Virus record (IMG/VR): IMGVR_UViG_3300013306_000001
Span: 1 to 64,000 of that record
Reading direction: 5' to 3' (one strand)
DNA length: 64,000 nt
Source of the DNA: a virus
A program made the position numbers and the translations under genes. The notes below the pieces were generated by a model. It made no database searches, was not told the origin of the DNA, and saw only the letters and a list, made by a program, of their open reading frames with translations. Below are positions 20,013 to 27,885 of the stretch, one piece after another (position 1 is the stretch's first letter; each line of letters starts with the position of its first letter).

Positions 20013-20840
20013 TCACCCCTTCTCAAAATAAAATGCTTTAACAAGCGCCTTCGTCAACTTACTACGCCGACCGCTATCCTCAAACGTGAAGTTTACAAAA
20101 CCAATGTTGTTTTCCAATTCATAAATATCTTCTTTATCTAGAAACTTTGGCGGGTTCTCTTTGATACTCTCCAAAAGTTGACTGAGATACAACAGTCCAG
20201 TTTCTTTCTTGATGTCTTTTTGACGCCAGTCCCCCGTCAGGCAAAGTTGCGCGCCATCCCCAACCCGAGTAGTCATCATTTGCATAAGGTCAGTATCAAA
20301 GCCTTGCGACTCTTCACACAAGACCATAACACCATCCTCAAAAGAGTATCCACGCAGCCATTCGACGCTTTTGAACTCTACAACTTTCTTCTCAAGCATA
20401 TATGCAAGTTGTGCTTTACCGAGAAACTTACTCAAATGTTCCAAAATACTTGTAAAGATCATTGACAATTTTTCTGTTTCAGTGCCAGGAACTGCACCGA
20501 TTGTACGACCGCAAGACTCATAAGGACGAACTAGGAAAAGTTTATGGATAGCTTTATCCCGCAATTGGTTTGCTGCGTGCCAAGCTGCCAGAATTGACTT
20601 ACCACCACCTGCTGGGCCTTGTAGTGCTACAATTTTGCGACCTTCTTGTAGATAATAAGCTCCAAGCTTCTGTGCATCCCCAATTGGAGTAAAAGGCATT
20701 GCATTGAAAACTTTTTCCTCAGCAAATTTGTCACGATTTACAGCAGAGCCTCCTGTCTTAGTTTTACGAGTACGAGTTCTGGGAACTGCCACTTCTAGGC
20801 CGTCCACCTCCATCATGATCTGTCTTTGCTTCGCGCCCAA
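20013..20840 (-). CDS. phoH: PhoH-family ATPase
   Basis: GPAGGGKS Walker A, LRGYSF, EESQ, TRVG and GDWRQKD. Confidence 0.9.
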   Translation of the reverse strand: MGAKQRQIMMEVDGLEVAVPRTRTRKTKTGGSAVNRDKFAEEKVFNAMPFTPIGDAQKLGAYYLQEGRKIVALQGPAGGGKSILAAWHAANQLRDKAIHKLFLVRPYESCGRTIGAVPGTETEKLSMIFTSILEHLSKFLGKAQLAYMLEKKVVEFKSVEWLRGYSFEDGVMVLCEESQGFDTDLMQMMTTRVGDGAQLCLTGDWRQKDIKKETGLLYLSQLLESIKENPPKFLDKEDIYELENNIGFVNFTFEDSGRRSKLTKALVKAFYFEKG

Positions 20841-20880
20841 GATACCACCTCACTACGTTAATTAATATTACCAACCATTC

Positions 20881-22889
20881 CTACTTCACCACAAACACAA
20901 CCTCACCACTTTCCTCTACACTTTTCTTCCAACTCTGCCTTTCCCTAAGCTTCTCATCCATATTAATCTTATTCTCAACCAATTGCAATACTTTTTCAAC
21001 AATCTCTTCAGGATAGAAATAGTTCTTATCTCCAAGATCATCACAAACTTCATCTACCCAAGCTAAGTATTGACTTAGTATAAGTTCCTTATCTTCTTTT
21101 GTAAAGATCATGTTAGATATTCTGAAGGGATGTCACTAAAGCTTTGTGGAAAACTTCCACCCTCCTCAAGCCAATCTCCATCAACCTCAAGATTTTGTGT
21201 TTTAAAAATACTTTGATTTTCAACAATATCTAACCACTCATGTACAGGAATAGAATGACCCTCTGTTAAAAGATTATTGTCAATATAAATACCACACCAG
21301 TCACCATTACTACTTGATACATATGATAAATCGCTCACTGTATTCTCCTGTGTACACCTATAAGCTAACATTCTACACTACATCGTAAGCCTATACACTT
21401 ACAAATCCTTAATCTCTGTCTCAATCGTCGCAATAGCCTTCTCAAAAGATACATCACCTTCCACTAGTGTAGCAACTGTTGCAAGGATATTCAAGAGATA
21501 TTCTTTACCATCACCGACATAATACACTAAACCAGATTCTGATGTGTACACTCCGTTTGATAGTGTTCCTCGTGTTGTGTTCATTACTTGTTCTCCTTGC
21601 TTTTGTATGATTCTGCAAAAGCCAACCAACCTTTCTTATCACATCGCTCTAGAAAAGGTTTTGCTAAATATAAAATCGCTCGTGCATTTGCATAATAGTC
21701 AACACCCTCTCCTCGACTACCCCATAGACTACCTTTGCGCAGACAATTAAATAAAGATTGTAAAGAGTAGCCACTGGGATTGCTTGCTACATCCAAACCA
21801 TTTTTAAAAATCCAGTCAATATTACTCTCAATATCTCCTTTGTTCTTTAAATAGTCTTCCCATTCATTCAACTCTTCATAACAGGATTTTTCAATAAGCT
21901 CCATCTGGTGTTCATGATACCAAGAAATTTCTCCTCGACCTTGGATATGGATGGTGTAGGAGTGTATATCTGAACCTCCGTATTTGTCCTTGTATGAACC
22001 AATTACAATAGCCTCCATACCACCTTGGAAATGACTCATGTGTGGACCAAGGTCATCTGCAACTTTTACTTTATCCCCTTTATTAAACTTTTGCATTGCG
22101 CTCTCCTTAAAAGTCTTCAACGATCTGCTGATAGCTAGCAGCACTCTTCAACACAGATTCTAGCACTTTCCCTTGATAAGTCAAGCCATTATGAATGATC
22201 ACTAAAAATTCTTTTTCAAATGGCACTTGCAAACAGTTATTAGTGTACTTTAGTTTCTTCAAAGGCAGCCCTTCAGTATTCCCATACTTTGCATCAAAGG
22301 CTATGACGCCAGATACACTTCGGATATTACCAGAGAAGAAATGTAAAAACCCACTCTTGCAGCGAAAGACAAGGGATGTACGTTCATCGTTAATGATCAG
22401 GCTGTCTAGTGTTTCTTGTTTAAGTTCTTTGAAATCTGTCATTGACCCTCCTTCTTGATATATTTCACACTTCCACTTATGCCATTACCACCAAACCCAC
22501 CTGTTGCACAATCATCGGAATTTCCACTCTTAGGGTAAAATCCTGCTGCACGTTCAGCTTTGATGAAAGCTTCTTTACTAACTTCTTTCTCTCCAAATTC
22601 TTCATGTTTTAGGTAGTACTTAATATCATAATCAGTCATCCTATTTCTCCTCATAATTTGGTAGGACATTATCCCGAGTGTAAAGGTTGTTCGCTTTCAA
22701 GACAGAGGATAGCACATGATTCTCTTCTGTCAAAGCTTTCTTTTCCTCAAGAGTCTGTTTCACCAAATACTCCAGTGCCTTGTGATAAGGCATATTCAGG
22801 ATATTTGGGCGCATAAGTAGTTCCTGCACAGTTCCCGATAAGCGATCTGGATCAAGAGAAATTAGAAAATTTATTTGATCTGGCTTCAT
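20881..22889 (-). other. cluster of hypothetical ORFs (20881-21111, 21108-21371, 21399-21584, 21584-22096, 22107-22442, 22439-22640, 22641-22889)
   Basis: Abutting co-oriented ORFs with RBS. Confidence 0.65.
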
Positions 22890-23683
22890 TACGCTTCTCC
22901 TATACCTAAGTGTGAATTCACTTCCATATTCTTTAAGTTAAAATAAACTCGTGGATCAATTTTATCTTTCCATTCATCCGCAAGAGCTTTTAGATAGTTC
23001 TCTTTTTCTGATTTATAGCAAAGCATTGCTTGAGACTTATCTGCGAAACGCCCCAAGCTTCTAAGTTTCCCTTTAGTAGAAATTTTAGCCTGCCATGTTG
23101 ACCTGTCACTGTCAAATGTAACCCCTATGTCCTTACCTGTCCCCGTTACATCACAGTTAAGAATGCAACTGTTTATCTCACTAGGGACAAATGAACAGGT
23201 TTCTGGTCCATATATCTTATTACCAATAACACAAAGGTCTTTATCTAATTGCCAACCCTTCACAAAATTATTTTCATACCACTCAGAGAAATTCTGAAAA
23301 TTATGCCATACCTCATCTACGGAACAACCTTTATACGTAGAATAGTTTAGTTTGTTTTCAGAGTAAACTCTGTCTATCATCCCAGTCCAAACAGGAAAAG
23401 CTTTTGAATATGAATCGTACTTGCCAACCCCCATGAATCCTACCCCTTGATATATAGGATGGAAAGGGTTCATAGGATATCCTGATCGTATTCCTTGTGC
23501 CCGTACTATACACTCGTGGGCTGTTTTATCTAAAAACTTTATATGGATCGTACAGGAATCGTAATATTCAATAACCTCATATTTGCAACCTTTAGTATTT
23601 GTATAAATATCTCCTTTGTTAATAGATGGTTTTCTACTACCGACCCTTTTAATCAATGAAGCTGTTACGTCTCTAGATTGCAA
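22889..23683 (-). CDS. HNH-like homing endonuclease with AP2-like C-terminus
   Basis: YKGCSVDEVWHNFQNF, LDKDL..GNKIYGPETCSFVP and GV.FD...WQAKI...LGRF. Confidence 0.8.
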   Translation of the reverse strand: MQSRDVTASLIKRVGSRKPSINKGDIYTNTKGCKYEVIEYYDSCTIHIKFLDKTAHECIVRAQGIRSGYPMNPFHPIYQGVGFMGVGKYDSYSKAFPVWTGMIDRVYSENKLNYSTYKGCSVDEVWHNFQNFSEWYENNFVKGWQLDKDLCVIGNKIYGPETCSFVPSEINSCILNCDVTGTGKDIGVTFDSDRSTWQAKISTKGKLRSLGRFADKSQAMLCYKSEKENYLKALADEWKDKIDPRVYFNLKNMEVNSHLGIGEA

Positions 23684-23725
23684 ATTAATTCTCCTTTAAA
23701 TTTAACCAACGTATCTCGTTTTCTT

Positions 23726-23944
23726 TCATGTGTTTTCCCACCCAAGTTGTGGGATTGGCTCTGTTGAAAACCAGTAACCTTCTTGTACCGTGAATAAATG
23801 AAAACTACCAACAGTAAATAAATCATGTGCGTAAACCGCCCCAGCTTCGCAGTCAATCCACACAACTCTAGGGATATCTTCGTAATCTTCAGAAAACCAA
23901 TAGTACCCCGATTTTCTTGGTAATTTTTGTGTCCACTTCATCAA
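23726..23944 (-). CDS. hypothetical protein
   Basis: GGAGG RBS; KWTQKLP..SGYYW. Confidence 0.65.
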   Translation of the reverse strand: MMKWTQKLPRKSGYYWFSEDYEDIPRVVWIDCEAGAVYAHDLFTVGSFHLFTVQEGYWFSTEPIPQLGWENT

Positions 23945-24308
23945 GCCCTCCAGCAGGTATTCATATTGTAAGGTGGTACCAAATAGATTTCAGCAAATGC
24001 GTTTGCAGATTCTCTTGTGGAAAACTCAGCTAGTTTCTCACGTTTGTAGAATATTGCAAAGCGTTTCTTGCCATAGGGTTTTTCTATTAGCTTGAGTTTG
24101 GTCACGAAATCAACTCCAATTCCTTAATGAATATATCGTGCGGATATCCTTCTAGGTCATTCTCAGAAATCTTCAGTAATGTAGAGTATGCGTCATCATA
24201 TTTTTCATAAACTCGACTAAGATAGACTTTCTCAAAACCTTCATCTGACACTTGGTATACAATCTGATAAATTTTCATTCGTTCTCTCCTTGTGTATTTG
24301 ATAGAAGA

Positions 24309-24337
24309 ATCATAGCATAGTGATCCATGGATTGCAA
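24309..24337 (-). promoter_or_regulatory. leftward sigma70-type promoter at the strand switch
   Basis: Reverse strand TTGCAA-17-TATGAT with TG. Confidence 0.65.
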
Positions 24338-24580
24338 GAGTATTTTTGAGTAATTTATGGGTGGTTAGATTTTATTGGAATAGGTGGTTGACATGGGGAT
24401 ATTTTAGGAGTAGTCTTGTTTATATAAATTAGGTAGAAAACAGAGAAAGTACCGAGTAGAATGAGGAGAAACCCTTATAAACCGTGGGCTGTAGAGCATT
24501 TAGTGTACTACAATACATCTATCTACTAACACCATACTATCTCTCTACTCTTACTAATCAGTCATAAGGAGGATAATTGA

Positions 24581-25939
24581 TTGATCTATGAATTAAGTCA
24601 TATGACAGAATATGATGTATATGCAGTTAACCTACAGTGTGTTAGAAGCTATATCTATTACCATGAATCTAAATACTATAAGAAGATAGTAGACGATATC
24701 ATGGAACATACTAGGTACAAGTGGGAAGATGCAGTTAGGTGGTGGGTTTCTAACTCCGCTCGTGCAATCAAGAAGAAAGCTAATGGATTTGTCTTTAGCT
24801 TGGATAGGAATGCATACAGTAAGACAAAGCAACGTATTAATTATAGAAAGGTTAAATCTCTTGTTGATTTTCTGGAACAAAAAGGTTATATTGACATTTA
24901 TAAAGGCTATGTTAAGTCTTGGAAGATGGAGAAAGGAAAGCTCATTCCGGATGAAGCTATTGCTTCTTGCATGATCTTCAGAAAGCGTACAAAAGAGATG
25001 TGGGAGAATGTAAATACCTCATACAATCTGTGGAAAGAATTGGAAGAGAATGATCTGGCGATCATTCGTGATCGGGAGACTAAAGAACAAATGCCTACTC
25101 GTGGACACAAAGGTTTTAAAGAAATTAAAAATGAGGTAAGAGATATGAACGATACACTGCAAGGCAGCTCAATTACATTTGATGGTGTTCCTATTGCTGA
25201 CGTATCTTATCGCCGCATCTTCAGTGGAGATATGGATAGCGGAGGTCGTCTGTATACTCTCGGTGGAGGTGTTCAGTTATTACCTCAACATGTGCGGGCA
25301 TCATCCTTAATGATTGATGGTGAATCATCTGTGGAGCTGGATTACTCCGCAATTCATCCCTCAATCTGTTATCAATTGATGTACAAAACAAATGGGTTTA
25401 ACATTTATGATGTAATGGGTAAGGACTTTTCACCATATGATGCAGATCTATCATTCCTTAAGGTTGATGGCAGGTTGAAAGAAGAATGGGAGAAGAAAAC
25501 AGGCAAGAAACACAACCCTATTCGTCAATTAGCCAAGTTAGCTATCTTGATTGGCATGAACTCCAATGATAAGAATAGCGCAGCTTGGACACTCGGAAAT
25601 AAAGTCAAACAAGACCGAGCGAAGGCAATTAAAGATCAAGACTTCTATGCCCTGATAGGAGAAACAGACTATTGCGCTGTCCTTGAGGCTGTTCAAAGCC
25701 ACAACGATTTCATTAAGGATCATTTCTTTTCTGATTCAGGCATTGTTCTTCAAAACATAGACAGTAAGATCATGATGCGTATTGTTGGTGCAATGGGGAC
25801 AAAGGGTCATACAGTGCTGGCTTATCATGACAGTTGTTTGGTAAAAGCTTCTGCTGAAGATGACTTGCGTGAAGCTATGTATTCGGCATGGGAGACAGTA
25901 TTGGGAGACACAACATTTTGTAAGGTAGACAAGAAATGA
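24581..25939 (+). CDS. family-A/T7-RNAP-related polymerase-like protein (TV-Pol-like)
   Basis: GGRLY, motif A-like VELDYSAIHP, motif B-like R..AK, LQNIDS and motif C LAYHDS; AGGAGG RBS with TTG start. Confidence 0.65.
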   Translation: MIYELSHMTEYDVYAVNLQCVRSYIYYHESKYYKKIVDDIMEHTRYKWEDAVRWWVSNSARAIKKKANGFVFSLDRNAYSKTKQRINYRKVKSLVDFLEQKGYIDIYKGYVKSWKMEKGKLIPDEAIASCMIFRKRTKEMWENVNTSYNLWKELEENDLAIIRDRETKEQMPTRGHKGFKEIKNEVRDMNDTLQGSSITFDGVPIADVSYRRIFSGDMDSGGRLYTLGGGVQLLPQHVRASSLMIDGESSVELDYSAIHPSICYQLMYKTNGFNIYDVMGKDFSPYDADLSFLKVDGRLKEEWEKKTGKKHNPIRQLAKLAILIGMNSNDKNSAAWTLGNKVKQDRAKAIKDQDFYALIGETDYCAVLEAVQSHNDFIKDHFFSDSGIVLQNIDSKIMMRIVGAMGTKGHTVLAYHDSCLVKASAEDDLREAMYSAWETVLGDTTFCKVDKK

Positions 25940-26118
25940 AAATTGAAAAGTTTGATAAAAGTGTTTCCACAGTAAAATATAAGTTCGGCAGACTAGGATG
26001 GACGTTTCATTGGGTACATGAGCATTGCGATTCATTTACACTAATTGATTCTCATGGGATTTGGAGAGGTTTGTTCGGAAAATTAATCTGGTTAGAGAAG
26101 AAGTCTAACTATAAATAA
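25936..26118 (+). CDS. hypothetical protein
   Basis: Coupled (ATGA) 60 aa ORF. Confidence 0.55.
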   Translation: MKIEKFDKSVSTVKYKFGRLGWTFHWVHEHCDSFTLIDSHGIWRGLFGKLIWLEKKSNYK

Positions 26119-26134
26119 TTATTTTCACAAACAC

Positions 26135-26163
26135 TTGACTTTGAGAAATCTATAGAGTAGTAT
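26135..26163 (+). promoter_or_regulatory. sigma70-type promoter
   Basis: TTGACT-17-TAGTAT. Confidence 0.55.
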
Positions 26164-26205
26164 GTTTCTTATAGAACTTAAATAACTTTGTGTTGGAGGT
26201 GTAAT

Positions 26206-26397
26206 ATCAGATGCCGATGCTGTAATTTACCTCTTTCGTGGAGGAATTTTAAAATGAAACAAGACGATGGAAGTGAAGAAGACTTCTGTACAAACTGCTT
26301 AAACATTGTCTATAACATAGATCAGTACGAACCAAGACAGTATACGTTTGAGCAAGAGTGTGATCCTTTCCATATTCCAGAAACATATATAGAATAA
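26206..26397 (+). CDS. small Zn-finger protein, probable ATC start
   Basis: GGAGGTG SD 4 nt before the in-frame ATC; CRCC...CTNC motif. Confidence 0.55.
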   Translation: MRCRCCNLPLSWRNFKMKQDDGSEEDFCTNCLNIVYNIDQYEPRQYTFEQECDPFHIPETYIE

Positions 26398-26404
26398 ATA
26401 ATGC

Positions 26405-26433
26405 TTGCTATTGTCATGTAATAATGTTACAAT
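26405..26433 (+). promoter_or_regulatory. sigma70-type promoter for the RNA locus
   Basis: TTGCTA-17-TACAAT with TG. Confidence 0.6.
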
Positions 26434-26465
26434 GTTGTATGGATGATATGTTTTATCTGAAAGCA

Positions 26466-26878
26466 AGCCTTGGTGATATGGCACAACTCTAGCCATTTCC
26501 ATATGTTCGTCGGTAGGGTGAGAGTAAGGCTAAAAAGATTTATGAGAAGCCAGATAACCCTTCATTTGGTTATTGAAAGGTCAGACTACCACTGACGGCA
26601 GCTACTGGGATACTTTGATATTCTGGTCTGACGCTGACACAGCTTCTCACTTAACACATTCAATCTTGACGGAGATTGTCTAATTCCCTTTAAGGGGCTT
26701 GAAGAATTCTGACGAGAGTTTAAAGTCTTCCATTGTGTAACTGGGAGCAATGAATCAGCTGAAAGGCAAAAAGAGCATGCAGTTCAATTCTGCTCGGTAG
26801 CTGAGGGTTGGTACGCAACCGTTCGATTCGGTTCTGGTCTATCTGGTGATAGAAGCTTGACTGATGGAAAGACATCAC
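26466..26878 (+). ncRNA. large structured non-coding RNA, family unknown
   Basis: No credible ORF. Nested stems (TGAGAAGC/GCTTCTCA, TCAGACTA/TGGTCTGA, TCAGCT/AGCTGA) and two T-arm-like hairpins (GCAG-TTCAATT-CTGC, AACCG-TTCGATT-CGGTT). Confidence 0.55.
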
Positions 26879-26885
26879 AAATTTC

Positions 26886-26968
26886 GGATGAGTAGTCCCA
26901 GGATTCTTCTAAAGTCCTACGGGTAATTGGAACTGTAAATGTGGGATCGTACCCCATCTCATCCTCCA
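26886..26968 (+). tRNA. atypical tRNA-like RNA with Arg(UCU) anticodon loop
   Basis: Acceptor GGATGAG/CTCATCC-T-CCA, T arm GTGGG-ATCGTAC-CCCAT, hairpin AGGATT-CTTCTAA-AGTCCT; no D arm at the canonical position. Confidence 0.6.
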
Positions 26969-26977
26969 AAGTTTCAC

Positions 26978-27221
26978 CCACAATCACTAAGATTAAGTCT
27001 AAAAAGATTGTGGTATTCACGCTGTCATCTCCTCTCCTAAGACAGCACTTAAAGATATTTCAAGTCTCCTCTCACTCCTCATTCTTGAAATATCTTTGGC
27101 CTTGGATAGATTATAAGAGTTCTCTCCTTCTCGTATAATCTTCGCTAACAGGGCCATTTCTTAAGCGTTCTTCTTCATTATGAATACTACAGGGCATAGC
27201 CGGTAAGTTCGCTTAAGAAAT
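26978..27221 (+). ncRNA. tandem hairpin array with CUCCU (anti-SD) loops
   Basis: Five consecutive hairpins; three loops carry five copies of CTCCT in total. Confidence 0.6.
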
Positions 27222-27245
27222 CACTTATTCATAGGAATATACATT

Positions 27246-27644
27246 ATGACTACCAAGAATAAAAACCCTAGTCTGGCAACAAGATTTGACGGTCCAAAGT
27301 CAAATCGTAAAACCACTGGCGGAAATAGCAAACGAATCACTAAAAGCAAGCTTCGCATCCTAGAAGAACAGTTGCTTGAGATGAAAGATAAAGCTCTTGA
27401 GAACATCAAGAAGAGTATCAACGGCGAGCAGATTGATACTGAACAGCTTGGCTCAAGTAAGTGGTTGGTTAACAGCATCGTAACAGTCAGTAAATCGGCT
27501 AATGCTGAAGAAATCTCTTACAACAAGCTTAAGTTTGAAGTGAAGGATTCTCTGGAAGCTGGTGAACAGACTCCTTCTGAAATCAAAGCAGAATTGAAAC
27601 CTCGTTTGAGTCTAGTTTATACAGAACCTGATCAAGACGAGTAA
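27246..27644 (+). CDS. putative terminase small subunit
   Basis: Basic N-terminus with TRF, helical 132 aa protein upstream of the packaging module; positional inference. Confidence 0.4.
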   Translation: MTTKNKNPSLATRFDGPKSNRKTTGGNSKRITKSKLRILEEQLLEMKDKALENIKKSINGEQIDTEQLGSSKWLVNSIVTVSKSANAEEISYNKLKFEVKDSLEAGEQTPSEIKAELKPRLSLVYTEPDQDE

Positions 27645-27755
27645 CTAACACGGCCACGGCCTGTGTATCGGACTGCCTAGTCTAAACCCGTACTTCTGGC
27701 GAAGTACATCTGTTAGTGAAAGGGATGGCCGTCCTTGTCTTGCCACATCAAGACT
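27644..27755 (+). ncRNA. small multi-hairpin structured RNA candidate
   Basis: ACTAACA/TGTTAGT stem; hairpins GGC-CACG-GCC, GGACT-GCCT-AGTCT, GTACTTC-TGGC-GAAGTAC and GTCTTG-CCACAT-CAAGAC. Confidence 0.4.
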
Positions 27756-27789
27756 AGCTAGCACTTATTTAATCTATGTGGAGATATAT

Positions 27790-27879
27790 GGAACAGACGC
27801 CAGTATTAGTTTGCTGGCATCCACCTCATAAGTGGAAGTCTTTTGACCGTTGCGAGTGCAATTCTCGCCTGTTCCCCCA
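27790..27879 (+). tRNA. atypical tRNA, anticodon CAT (Met or Ile2)
   Basis: Acceptor GGAACAG/CTGTTCC-C-CCA; anticodon arm TCCAC-CTCATAA-GTGGA; T arm GCGAG-TGCAATT-CTCGC; 7-bp D stem; long variable arm. Confidence 0.7.
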
Positions 27880-27885
27880 AATTCT

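Noticed and set aside
26709-26735. Hammerhead ribozyme (CTGACGA core)
   Set aside because: No GAAA follows the putative stem II and no compatible stems I/III were found.
26466-26968. tmRNA or RNase P RNA
   Set aside because: No GGGG 5' end or G3.U70 alanine identity, no tag ORF and no RNase P P4 consensus recognised.
26784-27138. ORFs 26784-27020 (-) and 26941-27138 (+)
   Set aside because: They overlap clear RNA structures and have no recognisable protein features.
27021-27141. RsmY/RsmZ-like GGA sponge on the - strand
   Set aside because: The flanking promoter, tRNA-like RNA and genes are all + strand, and most - strand loops lack the ANGGA context. Not excluded without strand-specific data.
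26978-27221. CRISPR array or REP repeats
   Set aside because: The stems differ in sequence. There are no direct repeats with spacers and no cas genes.
27642-27735. Twister or HDV-like (theta) ribozyme
   Set aside because: Only superficial similarity (TAACAC..GTG.AAGGG). The required pseudoknots and conserved residues could not be built by eye; kept as an unknown RNA.
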